The notes under the pieces are model-generated. The model searched no databases. It was not told where the DNA came from and worked only from the letters and a program-made list of their open reading frames with translations. From the NCBI GenBank assembly GCA_013239625.1, contig MU053934.1:6776399-6840398 (forward strand): a DNA stretch of 64,000 nucleotides, in the 5' to 3' direction. Made by a program: the position numbers and the translations under genes. Position 1 is the first letter of the stretch, and each line of letters starts with the position of its first letter. Shown here piece by piece: positions 13,577-27,469 of the stretch. This DNA comes from Lama guanicoe. Lineage: Eukaryota.

Positions 13577-14179
13577 NNNNNNNNNNNNNNNNNNNNNNNN
13601 NNNNNNNNNNNNNNNNNNNNNNNNNNNNNNNNNNNNNNNNNNNNNNNNNNNNNNNNNNNNNNNNNNNNNNNNNNNNNNNNNNNNNNNNNNNNNNNNNNNN
13701 NNNNNNNNNNNNNNNNNNNNNNNNNNNNNNNNNNNNNNNNNNNNNNNNNNNNNNNNNNNNNNNNNNNNNNNNNNNNNNNNNNNNNNNNNNNNNNNNNNNN
13801 NNNNNNNNNNNNNNNNNNNNNNNNNNNNNNNNNNNNNNNNNNNNNNNNNNNNNNNNNNNNNNNNNNNNNNNNNNNNNNNNNNNNNNNNNNNNNNNNNNNN
13901 NNNNNNNNNNNNNNNNNNNNNNNNNNNNNNNNNNNNNNNNNNNNNNNNNNNNNNNNNNNNNNNNNNNNNNNNNNNNNNNNNNNNNNNNNNNNNNNNNNNN
14001 NNNNNNNNNNNNNNNNNNNNNNNNNNNNNNNNNNNNNNNNNNNNNNNNNNNNNNNNNNNNNNNNNNNNNNNNNNNNNNNNNNNNNNNNNNNNNNNNNNNN
14101 NNNNNNNNNNNNNNNNNNNNNNNNNNNNNNNNNNNNNNNNNNNNNNNNNNNNNNNNNNNNNNNNNNNNNNNNNNNNNNN
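13577..14179. other. Assembly gap (603 N)
   Basis: Run of N. Confidence 1.
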
Positions 14180-14379
14180 AAGCACTGGCGCCGCTGATGG
14201 GGGTTCAGCCGGCACCCCCCACCCAACCAGTCCACCTCACCCCAACCTCCCCCTACACAAATCCCCCACCATCCACCCAGCCCACCCCGCCCAGCCTCCA
14301 CCCTTTCACAGCCCCCCCAACTTCTAATCAGCGTGCTCCACCTCCAACGCCCTCTCCCCATCACCACCACCATTGGAGA

Positions 14380-14535
14380 ATCAGAAACTCTTGGCCCATG
14401 GGCCCAATCCAGCCGAAGCCATGCTTGCTGTGACCCCATAGTATTTTTTATTCTTAATTAAAATTAATTCCCATCATTTAAAAATCGGTAATTTTCGCAT
14501 AAAAATCCACATTTCCAGCTTAGTTTAGAAAAGAG
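14380..14535. mobile_element. hAT-Charlie DNA transposon fragment (MER102-like)
   Basis: tttaaaaatcggtaattttcgcataaaaatccacatttccagctt resembles my recollection of MER102 internal sequence. Confidence 0.45.
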
Positions 14536-16229
14536 GAGGCTCAGGCAGAAGCCTCCCCCCTTACAATGACGCTTGGCAGCAGCCTTGACAGGGCACTGGC
14601 CCATAGCTTGCCCCAGTCCCTACCAGGCCCACCTGCCTGGCCCTGGTGGCCTGTGCATTCTCACTCCTGCACCTAGCCTTTTACACTCTCGTGCCTTTGC
14701 AGGTCCCTCTCCCTAGGATACCCACCCCTGCCCCTTAAGGCCCCTCTTCTGGGAAATCTGGACCTACACACACACCCAGGGGCCACCCAGCCCCTCCCTG
14801 CTCCCACAGCCCCCCAGGAGGTGGTGGCGCCTGCCCTACCCTGCCTCATTCCTTGCTGGCTGGCACTGTGGCCTCTGCGGCTGCGCTCTCGCCACAGGGC
14901 TGCTGCTCTCTGGCTGGATTCTCCCTCCCATCCTGGCTCTGGGCCTGGCCCACAGTAGGCGCTCAGTAAGTGTTGGCTGAGCAGCAACCAAAGAAGAACA
15001 GCCGGGATCGGGATTCCACAAGGCGGCCTGGGCCATGGCGGGCACAGGGCACGGGTCCCTGCAGCTGATGTTCATTTTAAAAGCCCCAAATGTTCATTCG
15101 GGGCGGCTCTTGCCAACCAAGGAAACTAATGATTTCCACGCTTCATTTTTCTCCACCTTAATCCCACTGCCAAGGCTTCAGGGCCTCGCTGCTGCTGCTG
15201 CCCTCACACTGGCATCAGATCCCTCTCAGAAAATGCAGTCCACCTGGGGAGTGTCCAGGAGGCTCAGGGAGGTCCCAGTCGTGCCTCCTGGCACTTTTGA
15301 GGTCACGGCAGGCTTCAGGGCCACAGATTTGAGGGCAGCAGCTGGCCCGTGCCCATTGTGGGGACAGAATAGCCCAGAGAGCCCTCCTGGGCTGATGCAG
15401 CTGGGATGACTCCCCTTCATCCTGCTTCTTCCTGAGCAGAAGACAACGGGCCAGGCAAGAGCCACCCTTCTCCAGCCACCGGATACACCACAGGTTTTTC
15501 TGTAAAGCTGTGTCACTGATCCAGCCAAATACCAGGATCTCATTTTACAGGGAAGAAACAAGCTCAGAGAGGTTACAGGCTGTAGGTCACTAAGGCAGGA
15601 GCCTTTGTGGCCCTCCAGAGTGCCCCTGCCCTATAGTGAAGTGAGACCCCCTCAGGGCTGGATCCAAAGCAAAGACCAGGAGGTAGGACTGGTCTGTACT
15701 GGCGGAGATAGAAGCATCTGAATCCCAGAGCTGGCTCTGAGCAAGCTTCCCTCCCAGAGCCTTACATACCTGAGCAAATGTCCCAGGACCCTGTCCCCAC
15801 CTCCTCAACCACCCTCTGGCCACAATGGCCAGGCCAGGTGCCCTGTCAGTGTTGGGGCCAGGAAGCAGTCATGAACAAGTAAAAACACCTTCCTGGGCCT
15901 CAGTGTGCCCATCTGCAACACGGGGGAACAACCTAGCCTCTATGGGCTTTTAGGGGCACAAACAAGACCGCAGATAAGGAGGGAGAGCCAGGAGATTAGT
16001 GCTGATTCATCCTAGGTTCTGAGCTTGAACCCTGACTTCCCAACCTACCAGCTATGACTCACTTGTTGGGGGCCTCAGTTTCCTTTCCTGTTAAAAGCAT
16101 AGGGGTAGATCAGAAGATCAACTGACTTATCAACAGATCAGAAGTGAGGCTGACATGGAACAATGCATGTAGAACCACTCAGCACAACCTGGTAATCATA
16201 AGGTTCAAGGCTTGTGACCTTGACCAGGA

Positions 16230-16465
16230 AGGCAGAACAGTTAGATGCATGGGTTCTGGAAGGTTCACATCCTAGCTCCACTGTACCAGCTGTGTGGCCT
16301 TAGACAGGTTACACAACCTTGCTGGGTCTAGTTTCCTTGTCCATAAAATGTGAATATTAATGACAGTTCCCACACCATCTTGTTGTGTTATCTATTAAAT
16401 TAGATAACTCAGGTCCAATGTTTAGAACAGCGCCTGACACTAGGAACACTCAGACAGCGTTAGGA
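16230..16465 (+). mobile_element. MIR SINE
   Basis: MIR core ccagctgtgtggccttagacaggttacacaacc...agtttcctt.tccataaaatg...ttagaacagcgcctgacac. Confidence 0.75.
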
Positions 16466-18919
16466 CTCTCAAGATTAATAAAGGCAGCCAGTCCCAAGCT
16501 CAAGGACCCAGGGCAGCCCCTTGACCGCAGGCATGGGAGCCCCCAGGCTAACTAGCCAAAGCCTTGGAACTAGTGATTTGCAGGGATGAGAGGAGACTAG
16601 CTGAGTCCCTCAGGGTCCAGGGTTTCCTGGAGGTCACAGAGAGAGGCCCACCTGAGAGAGGGGTAAGGGACCTTTATAGAGGCCTTTCCTGACCCTCAGC
16701 CTCAGTAGTTCCTGATTCTCCCATCTTACTGTCTCTATAGTAACAATCAGTATTTAAAATCATCTTTATTCACCTGTGGATGGTCTGTCTTTGCCCTCCC
16801 TGCACATAAGCTCTGTGAGGACAGGGATCTTTGTCTGTCTTGATCCTAGCTGTATATAAATCAGAGGCAAGCACATAGTTGGTGCTCAACAAACATTCGC
16901 CAGTGGGGAAAAATCCTCAGATGGTAATATTTAGCAAGAAGGGTGGGATGGCAGAGCTCCCCTGCCCAGAAGACAGCCTAGTCCAGCAGCTGTCCCCTTG
17001 TTAGCTCAGTCCCCCCACAGCGGGGGTCGGGAGGCCAGAGTCCTCCCCACTCTGCAGCCAGGAAGCGTGTCACTGTCACTGCAGTGCAACTGGGCCTCTC
17101 GTGTGAGGGAGGGACCCAGGCAATTTTCTGGCTCACAGTTCATTGCAGAGCTGCCTGGTGACACAGACGGGCCCGCAGGCTCAGGAAGGCCCTGTTCCAG
17201 CAGACGTAGCCTGGGACTCCCACCCTAGAGCCCGGCAGGGCATCTCCACCCCCGAGACTGGAGGAGTTTCCAGGCTAAGTCCCAGGATGTCATCTGGGGG
17301 CTGGGCTACCGCCCCCTCCCCAGCCACAGTCCCCTCACGTGTGCGTGGCACTCCCCCGTTACAGTTTACAAAGTGCGTTCACAGACATTATCACATCGGC
17401 TCCTAAACGCCCCCTAAAAACCACAATAAATCTCTCGCTCTGGCTTCCAAGCCCACCGGCTGCTGCGTAATCAGTGAGCAGAGAGGCCTCAGGGCCCAGA
17501 GCCTGCCAAGCCGACGCCAGCAGGGGCAGAGGGGGGTCCACGTGGGCGGGTGGCAGGTGGCGGGTGGCAGGCCCAGCTGGGGCGCTGCGGGAGCGAGGAG
17601 CTAGCCGGAGGCCCAATCCTGCAAAGAAGAAAAACGCTGTCTGGGCGAGCAGCCATCGGGGCTGGAGGGGAGAGGTTTGGGAACCAGCCTGAGGGGCGGG
17701 CCAAAGGTTAGGGAGGGGCCGGGAGGGTTCCTTCGCACTTAGGAGTGCCACGAGGGAGGTGGGCTCATGGCCAGGAACCAGGGGCCCAGAGACAGCTGGT
17801 CTCAACTGGCTTCTCACCGGCTTTTCTCCACCACTGGGATAACAGCCCTGACGAGTTAGTTTCCAGTGCGCCAGGCCTTTGTGCTTGCTCTCCTCTGCCT
17901 GAATACTTTTACTGCCTTTTTGAAATCCAAACCCTCCTTGACAGTTCAGAACTCCTCCACCTGTACATCCCTCCCTACCTTCCGGAGCCTGCTCCTCAGG
18001 ATCCCCCTGCCCCCTGGGGCACCTCTTCTTGAGTAGTCAGGCCCCTTTCCTTCTTTGTACCTTGTGCCCGTGAGGGCAGCAGCTTTGCAGTGGCCCAGAG
18101 TCAACCCCCCCCACACACACACATATGTGCGTGCGCACATATGCACACTGAGTCACAAGCGATGGTATGAGGCTGGGGGCTGCTGGCGGAGCAAACATCC
18201 CAGCCCAGAGGGTTGTGGAGGGAGGTGAGACCCCATGTGATAGGCCCAGAAAGCACTGCACTGCCCCTGTATTTTCAGCCCAGCACCCAGCCCTGGGAGG
18301 CCACAGAGAAAGAAGTCCCCGATGTCTGAGCCAAATCAGCCAGCAGCCGTGGTTGGGTTTTGTTTTTTTTACCGTTTCCCTTGATTCTCCAAGTTATAGG
18401 AGCTCAGCTTACAAACTGTGGAAAGTTCAGGGAAGTTTAAATAAGCAGGACGAGGGAGGGCCTGGCCCGAGGGGGCTGCGGCTGCCCTGGCAGGCATCCC
18501 TCCCACAGACAGGCCTGTGTGTTCCGCCTGCTGCCGGCCCCGTCGGGCGGGCGTCCGGGCCAGCCGCGGGCTTGACCTCTGGGCCGCAGAGGCGGCTGCT
18601 CCATCACAGCGAGATTGTGGCAGTGTCACAGAGAGCGGGGAACAGGTGGCGGCTTCTCTGCTGTCACCTCTGAAAGGATTGGTGTTTTCCTTTTATCCTT
18701 GATATGAAAACCAGCTGCTGGGCCTGGGCCTGGTGGGAGGAGGCACCGTGGTCCTGGTAAAGTGTTCACCATGTGGTGTCTGAAGTGGGTCAAGGCAGTA
18801 GAAATGAGGGAGCTAGAGGTGGGAGGTGACGCTGGAATGCCCTCAGAAACAGCCCCAGGACTGGGCTCGGGGAAGCCCAGGGCCTGGCTCCTCAGCCTGC
18901 TGTCCCAACTCCTTTTCCC

Positions 18920-19860
18920 TAATGAGGAATTTGTATATAGAAATATAAAGAACTCTTACAACTCAACAATAAAGGGACAAATAACCCCGTTTTAAAATGG
19001 GCAAGGAACATGGACAGACATTCTCTAAAGAAGATACGCAAATGGCCAATAAGCACATGAAAAGATGCCCGGCATCATCAGTCATCAGTCAAAACCACAG
19101 TGAGAGACCGTTTCTCACCCCCTGGGATGGCTGTAATCAAAAGAGAAAATAACAAGTGTTGCTGAGGATGTGGAGAAATTGGGACCCTCATGCACTGCTG
19201 GTAGGGATGTAAAATGGTGCAGCCACTATGGAAGACAGTCCAGCCACTTGCTGAAAGGTTAAACAAAGAGTTACCATATAACCCAACAATTCCCCTGCTA
19301 GACATCTACTTAAGAGAAACGAAAACACACAACCATGTGACAGCTTGTATGGCATGTTAGTAGCAGCATTATTCACAATAGCCCAAAATGAATACAACCC
19401 AAATGCTTACCAACTGGTGATAAATGGATGAGTAAAATGTGGAAATCTGGTCTGTCCATTTCGATGGGATATTATTTGGCCATGAAAAGGAATGATGTAC
19501 TGATTCATGCTACAAGAGGAGTGAAACTTAAAAAAAAAATTATGCTAAGTGAAAGAACCCAGACACAAAAGGTCATACATTGTCTGATTCCATTTATGTG
19601 AAATGTCCAAAATTGGCAAATCCATAGAGACAGAACGTAGATTAGTGGTTCCCAGGTGCTGGGAGTAGGGGAAATGGAGAGTGACTACTAATAGGTACAG
19701 AGTTTCTTTGGGGGATGACAAAGGTGTTCTGGAATTAGAATTAGATAGTGGTGATGTTGCACAACTTTATAAATATACTAAAAACTACTGAATTGTAGAC
19801 TATAAAAGGGTGAATTTTATGATATGTGAGTTATATCTCAATAAAGCTATTTTTTAAACG
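18920..19860 (+). mobile_element. LINE-1 3' fragment (old L1M, L1MB-like): end of ORF2 plus 3' UTR
   Basis: Typical L1 sequence (aaagaactcttacaactcaacaataa, aaatggccaataagcacatgaaaagatg, gtaaaatggtgcagccactatggaa) ending in tatatctcaataaagct. Confidence 0.92.
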
Positions 19861-21949
19861 ATAAAAATCTCAATAAAGCTGTTTTTTAAATTATAAAATA
19901 TCCCACACCTCAGTCTACCCCACAGGCCGCCAGGAGTTGGCCCTGCCACCTGCCCAGGCTTGGCCCCTGCCCCTTCCAAGCCACCAACTAGGAACAAGCG
20001 TGGGGGACCAGGTAGTGGATGCCCTGATAAAGGCAGAGGACCCTGTTTCCTCCAGTGGGTCACACTTGTGTCTGCCTCAGGCCCTTTGCTCTAGCTATCC
20101 CTTCTTCCTGAAACACTCTCCTCCTCACCCTCTCCTGCTCATCCTCTGGATCTCAGCTCACATGTCTGGTCCTCGGAGAGGCCTTACCTGATCCCAGACT
20201 CCGTGACTGAGTCTCTCCTCTCACACAGTTCCCAACCTTCAACACAAGCATGGTGCCAACACAGAGCAGGCACACAATAAACCATAGCCGAATGAGTGAA
20301 GCAGGAACAAGAAATTCGGTCTGAGAATGTGTTGGGAAGTAGGGGCTGCAGAGGGAAGCAGGTAGGCTGAGAAGGGTGCTATGTGGGGTTTCCTCGGGGC
20401 AATGGCAAGCCACGAGGATGAGGAGGGTGGCGTGCCAGACTCAGGTTCCAGAAAGATCCGTTTGGCTATTCTGCAGGGGATGGACCAGCAGTACCAGCTG
20501 GAGGCATAAGGCCAGGATGAGGCCATGGCCTCAATCCAAGCCTGGAGTGGCAGGGCCCAGCCTGGGGCTGTGCAGATTCAGAGGAGCGATACACTAGGAA
20601 GAATCTGGGAGCCAAAATCAGAGTGACTTGGAGACGGCACCAATGTAGGGGAGAGGGAGTCCAGGGTGGTGTGGAGGGCTGGGTGAGGACAGGGACATTG
20701 CCGAGGTGGGGGCACTGTAGTAGGAGCATGTCTGGTGTGAGGTTATCTGAGGTGGCCGTATAAAACGGGACCCCAGCAAGCAGCGCCACCCCCACCTATC
20801 AGATCTATACAGTTACCCCGGTGACAGCTCCCATAGCCATCCCCTGTGACCCTTTATTCTCCTGGGTCAGGTCTCAGCACTCCTACTGACCATGACCACA
20901 GCCTCCTCACTGGTCTCCCCAGCCCAAACCATTTGCCTTTTCTCATTCATCCTCTGTGGTGCCACCAGCACAGGGTGGGTCATTCCTCAGCTCAAAAAGC
21001 TTCAATATCTCCTCATTGCCCTCGAAACAAAGGTCAGATGCCTCACTGGGGCTGATGAGACCCTCTGTGGTTGGCCCACCTGGCTTTGTGGCTTCCTCCC
21101 ATCCCACATTCACCCATCCCGTTCCACACATCCTGTGCGTTTGGGTATGCTGTTCTTCCACCCCACACGCCCTCTCCTCCTCTCTGCCTGGGTATTAAGA
21201 TCACCTCCTCAGGGCCCCCTCTCCCTGACTCCCTGAGTCTTGGCAGCATGGAGCCCTCAATTCTGCCAGTCTTTTCTGGAACCCACACCAGGAGGCAGGA
21301 CCCCATCAAAGTTTTTAGTGATGGCGACTTTATTTGAAATGACTTAGAAATGTTCAACAATCAAATCACATTTAGTCACAAACCTGTTGGGTGACTTTAA
21401 GTTGAAAAGAAATAAGGATCCTTTGGTCTCATTCTGCCCCGTGGAGAAGTTGCTTCAGGCCCAGACACACTGGATGTCAGCCCACAAGAGCAGAGATTTG
21501 TCTGTTGAGTTCATGGATACAGCCCCAGTGCCTGGGACAGTGCCCAGATAGCTGGACTGCTGAGGAAGGGCTAGACGGGTGGGAGGAAGGATGGTGGGTG
21601 GCCAGGAGGGAGGCAGGCAGGGGCAGGGAGAAGGGTGGGTATGTGGATGGATGCGTGAATGGCAGGAGGGATGTGTGGAGAGGGTTCGTATCGGCCATGG
21701 ATCACTTTAAGTCCAGCCTCCAGCCCAGAGCGCAGAGAGGGTGACCCTTCTTGGCGTTGGGCTGGGATTCATGTATCCTCCATCGGCATAGAAAGCCCCA
21801 GCTTCTAATCCACCAGGGGCTGCCAAGCTGGAGACCCCTCTTGGCCATGGGCATCTGACTGTTTGGGGCTCACCACCCCCTACCCCTTGCAGGGTCTCTA
21901 GCCTCCCTTAGGCCCAGCTGGCCTTTCCAGCTATTTGCCACAACTCTCT

Positions 21950-22656
21950 AGAGCCATCCTTGACACCTCTGCTCTCTCTCTCTCTCTCTTTCCCCACATC
22001 CAATCCATCAGCAAATCCGGTTAGATTATTTTCAGCAGCCTCCTATCTGTCTCCCTGGTGCTGCCCTTGCCCCTCCCCACTGTCTATTCTCCACTCAGCA
22101 TCCAGAGGGATCCTTTTAAATGCTGAGTCCAGGAGGCCTCACCATCTGGCCCCCATTTCCTCTTGAGCTCATCTGCTACCACCTCCCCCTCCCTCACTCC
22201 CCTCCAGCCACACGGGCCTCCTCGATTCCTTGACCGCGCCACGCTCCCGCTCCAGGCCTTTGCCCTGTCTGATCCCTCTGGCTGGAATACTCTTTCCCCA
22301 GAGAGCCATCTGACTCACCTCCTCACCTCCTTGCCATCTTTGCTCAAATGTCACTTTCTCTATTAGACCTTCCTTGGATACCTTATTTACAAATGAAAAA
22401 AATAGCCACCGCTTGTTTCCCTTCCCTGTTTTATTTTCCTTCTTAGCACTTACTGCTCTGGAGCACAGTAAGTTTTACTTCCTTATTTACTTTCTTGTTA
22501 CGTTTTTTGTCTATGATCCTCCATTAGAAAGTGATCTCCATGAGGACAGGGATCCTGTCCACTGCTGTGTGCCCAGCACTGAGCACAGGGTCTGCAGGGC
22601 ACAAACGAGGTGCTCTGCAAACTGGTGCAGAATGAATGAATGAATGAATGAATGAA
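21950..22656 (+). mobile_element. L2 3' fragment with (GAAT)n tail
   Basis: ccacatccaatccatcagcaaatcc...tgctcaaatgtcac...ctccatgaggacagggat...(gaat)6 at 22630-22656. Confidence 0.82.
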
Positions 22657-25600
22657 CCTCTCCAGAGTCCAGACTCGCTCCTCCTGGGCTAGCCTGTCCT
22701 AAGCTCAACACCCATACAGGTCCTCCCTGCCCCATCACTGCCGTTATTCCTTGGCCACTGGCAGCCCTAGCCCACCACATGGCCACTTTGAAGAGTCCCA
22801 AAGCCCCAGGGGGCTGCCGCCCTGCCCGAGAGCTGCCCACACTCTCTCAGAGGCTGCCGGGTGGCTCCCAGAGTTGAGTTCAAGGGAAGATGGTCCAGGG
22901 CTGGCCCACTCCCTCTTGGTTCAGAATCATATATGGTTTGTGTAGCCCCTTCCCCAGCGGGCCCACGTGGATCTTAGCAGCTGGGACTCCTCTGAATGCT
23001 AACCCCAGCCGCCACTGTACATTCTCCTGCTCGTCCCCCTTTTTTTCTCCCCACTTTAATCCACATTCAGTGTCCTACTTGAGCCTCATATCCAGCCTGG
23101 CCAGGTAGACAGAGTGGATGGAGTGGAGTTGTGGGGTCACTGAACAGATGAAGAGCTCAGAGAGGTCGTGTGAGCTGCCCAGGGCCCCCAGCAATGTTGC
23201 AGGCCTCCCTGGTGCTGGGCCGGATGAGACTGGATGGAGTGTGCTGGCTCCTCCCTTGCCACCCCCACTGCACTGGGGACACTGAACTGGGGATGGGAGT
23301 CCCCAAGCCCCATTCAAGCCCATGAATGATGAGCCAACAGGAACTTCGGTGAAATCAGCTTGGGGACTGAGGCCAACAAATCGATGAGAGGTGACAGCTC
23401 GACTCGAACGTTTCACACAGGCTTCACGCGGATGCCGCTGCAGAGATGTGGCAAAGACATGGCTCTGGAGAGCAGTGAGAGGAACTCCCTGGCCGTGGAG
23501 GTCAAGTGTACATGTGTGCATGTATGTGCGTGCTCATGTGTGTGCTTGTGTCATAGGGCACAGGACTTATGAACAGACAGATCACTATGAGCCCCCAAAT
23601 CCACATCCTCCCCCAGTGGGATGGGGTGACTCCTCCAAGGGTGGCCTAGTGATGGGGAGGGGCACCCAGGAAGGAGAGAAGAGGGTGTCTACTCAGCAGA
23701 GGGTACAACAGAAGAGTCCTAACTAACACACAGGGTAGTAAAGTCAGCTAGACCCAGGTGCAAAACCCAACTCAGCGGCTCACTCTCTGGATTTCAGGGC
23801 TAAGTTCTCTAAGCCTCAATTATACTATCTGCCAAATGGGTCTAATAATTCCCATGTCAAAGGGTGGTCAAGATTAAACAAGATCATGCAGGCATTCAAT
23901 ACATAATAACTATTTAGGTTACTGCTAGTTTTATTAGCGCTCACATTTTCGTAGGAGGATAGGCGGCCCATCTGTTCTAGAAGCGATCGCCGAGCCCCTC
24001 CTTCTGCCTTGCCATGAATGGAACACCAGACACAAGGCCCTGCCCTCAAGAGACTCACAAATAATAATAACAATGTGCATGAATGTGTATGTCCCAGCCA
24101 GCTGACTTTCCAAGGCCGAGTGATTCCCTGCTTTAAAAGCACACTCGTTTAATCCCCTAGAGAACCCTGGAGTTGAGGGCTGCTACCATCATTCCTACAG
24201 ACGACAAAACAGAGAAGTGAAGCAACTTGCCCATGGTTACCCAGCAGGCAAGGGGCAGTCCCAGGATTTGAGTCAATCACCTTACCACCACACTCAGGCA
24301 GGACAGAATCATGTGTGACCTGGATCACTGACTGCTCAAACTGAGGCAGCACTTGGGGCTGTGGGAACACTGGGGAGGGAGGCTGTTGAGGGGGGTGGCT
24401 TAGGAAGAGACTGACAGAGAGCTCCAACGAGCAGGGACTTAAAGGCATGAAGACTAGGATAGGGAAAGGAGAAGGGCAGGCCAGCAGGGAGGACAGCCTG
24501 GGCAGAGTCCCAGAGTGGGGAAAGGGCAGACCACCCCAGGCTCAGCTCCCAGCTGCACCCTCCCGGCTGATGCAGCTCTCGAAGGCTGGCTCACACTCTC
24601 TTGCCTTTGCCCATGCTATTCCCTGCTTGCGTGCCATTTCCCGTATTCTTCTCCCTTCCAAGTTCAGTGGTGGCATGGCAGGATTTGAAAACAGGCCGGT
24701 GGATTCCCTGAGGCACTGCCCTGCTTCACAGACAGAGTGAGACTTCAGTCAAGAGAGACCCAGGGTAGAGAGGAGTCTGCCAGCAAGAATGTAGTGAGTT
24801 GGGGGAGCAGAATGTGCAAAGACATGAGGGCAGAGTCAGGATTGGGCCTAGATCTGTCCTCCTGCATGGCCCAGAGTACCCCCCAAGCTGGTGCTGCTTC
24901 CACTGCCCTGCCCAGGGGACAGTAGGATGCATAGGATGCTCACGCCAGGGGGAGAGCTCTGCCTCTGATTTGCTTAGCCAAGCTGCGGCTTCTCCCCAAG
25001 CCTTGGCTTCTCTCTTGCGACATGAGGTTGTGGGCCCACCTCAAGAATTATCTGAGAAAAGGTAAGGAAAGGCTCTAGCACAGAGTAGGCACTCAACAAA
25101 TGCCTGGAACACCCTGACAGAGCCCCCTGGGGCGACCCAATTCTCTGGGTCCTGCCATTGAGCCATTTCCCAGCCAGGGAGCCAGGAAGCTGGAGGGCAG
25201 GGAAGCTCTGGACTTAGCTTGGGTGGGGCTGTGATTTAGAGCAGTGAGGCTATTACAGAGATGAAATGTGAGCGGTGTCAAGGCCTGCATCTGCCCTCAA
25301 AACCATACTTTTCAAAAAGTCATTGCAGGGCCACCTCATCACTCAAGGTGCCCTGTGGCCCAGCTGACAGATGAGACGGGGAGGCAGATGTCTGGGGCCA
25401 GCCCACCCCTGCCCTGGACCACCCCGCAGCTCCCTGGACAGGGAGGCAGTGGTGTCTGCAGGGCTGCTCTACAAGCACAGGGCTGCTGGAAGCGGCCCCT
25501 TTCCCGCTCTGCCCTCTAAGCCCGGCTGTTATAGGGGACGCTTCAGAGCCGCAGAAAGGGAAGTGATATGCCCAGGATGACACCACTGGAGAGGGAGAGC

Positions 25601-26139
25601 TGGGATTCTGACTCAGGCCCCGCTGCTCCTCCTGACTCCTCTCCAGGCAGCGCTGAGATCCTCCCCAGTCCATCCCCACCGGCCAAGCTGCCCACACACA
25701 TTCCCACCTCAGGGCCTTTCCCCATGTGAAAACCCCAACCTGAAAATCCTGCTCTTCTCTCCACCCACCTGGTCCTAATTGACCTTTAAAAAGTGGTCAC
25801 TTGCCTACCAGGCCCATCCTTAGCTCCTGGACACACTGCCTACCTATCTACCTGACCCTCATCCCTGCCCAATTCCTCTCCATCCTCCAGCTTGCCCTGC
25901 GTATGCCCTCTCTTTCAGGAAACTCCTTCTGACAGGCTGGACCAATTCCTCCTCTGGGCTCATCCCTGGATACCACCCCTTTCCACCTGCTTTGTGATTT
26001 CTTGCTCAGTGTCTGTTTCCCTCCTCAGACTAGGGCTCTGTGGGTTGGACGGGAGGTGGTGTTCACGTGTGTCACCTCAGCACCCAGCACAGAACCTGGC
26101 ACAGACTGGGTGTTCAATTCTGGCTGTCCCTGCATGGAA

Positions 26140-27090
26140 TCCATCCATCTAGCTTTTTGTGCAACAAATGTTTCTTGAGCACCAGGGATACAGCAGTGAG
26201 AAGACAGGCAGGGCTCTGTTCCAGTGCAGGTTTCATTCTGGTAACAGACACATACGTGTATAACAAGGTCAAGTGGGAATAATTGCTCTGAGGAGCAACA
26301 GAGCAGGGGAAGAACAGTAGTGAGGAGAGGGCAGGGAAGGGCGGTAAGGGGAAGTCTCTCTGAGCAGATGACATTTGATCAGATCTCTGAAGTGAAAGAA
26401 GGAGTGATGTAAACACCAGAAGAAAATAGATACTGGGGAGAAGGAACAGCAAGTGCAAAGGTCCTGAGGTGGGAAGACACCTTGTATGATGGAGGAACAG
26501 CAGGAGGTCAGTAAGGGAGAGGGGGCGGGTGGCAGGAGCGGAGGTCAGAGCGGAACAAGCAGGGGCCACAGGCAGGGCTCTGCTTTGACCCTACATAAGC
26601 TGGGAGCCATGGCTGGGTTCTGGGCAGAGAAGCACAGGATCTGACCTGAGTTCTAACAGGATCACTCTGGCTGCTGCGTGGAGAATAGATTCCAGGGGGC
26701 TGAAGGGGAAGCGGGAGAACAGTGAAGAGGCTGCTTCACGCATGCAGGTGGGCAGTGCAGGTCGTGCGGTGGATGTGGAAAAGGGGTCAACCTGTGGTAT
26801 ACTTTGAAACTAGAACCAATGATGTTTGCTGACAGCGAATGAAGGAGCAGAGAGAAAGAGACAGAGAGAATATGAGGGGTGGGGCGGGAGAGAAGGAGGG
26901 AGGAAGGAGTCAAAGATGACCCCAAGGCTTTTGGTCTGAGAAAGTGAGTGGAAAATGAAGGTGCTGTTACCTGAGACAAGGGAGGTTGTGGAGAATTTCA
27001 AGCTCGGTTTGTGAGCTGCTGAGGAGAAGGTGTCCATTGGCCATCCAAATGGAGATGTGGCAGGCAAAAGGCATCGGCTGGATAGCATTG
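26140..27090 (-). mobile_element. L2 element
   Basis: aacaaatgtttcttgagcacc...aggaacagcaagtgcaaaggtcctgaggtggga...ggatcactctggctgctg...ggagtcaaagatgaccccaagg. Confidence 0.8.
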
Positions 27091-27469
27091 GGAGGGAAGA
27101 CCAGGCTGGGTGTGGGCAACTGCTGTATGAGTCCCCACGTCTTGTACATAGTAGGTCCTCAGTGAATGCCCTGTAATGGACACAGAGCTGCCCACAGCCC
27201 GGCTCCTGGCCTGCAGGTGAGGTGGACAGGGGCTTTGCTGCCAACCACGGAGAGCCCAAGCCCTGAGAGGGACACATGGATTCCTCGGATGACCTACGGG
27301 AGGGTGATATGTGAAGTCCCCTTGCCCAGGGTGGTGTAGGAGACTTGGCAGACAGAGGTGGGAAGGGCATTCTGAGGAGGCAGGTGCTCCAGCTTTAGCG
27401 ATGAGCTGGGGGAACATTAGGAGAAAGGCCCAACGGAGCCAGTGGAGCTGGGCTTAAGTGGACAGTGCA

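Larger units (their letters stand above)
13250..14230. promoter_or_regulatory. CpG island / promoter, interrupted by an assembly gap
   Basis: Extreme GC and CpG density at 13370-13576 running into the N-gap. Confidence 0.85.

Noticed and set aside
13246..14439. Four long ORFs (272-395 aa) in the ORF track
   Set aside because: They are long only because they read through the N-gap; the flanks are low-complexity GC-rich translation.
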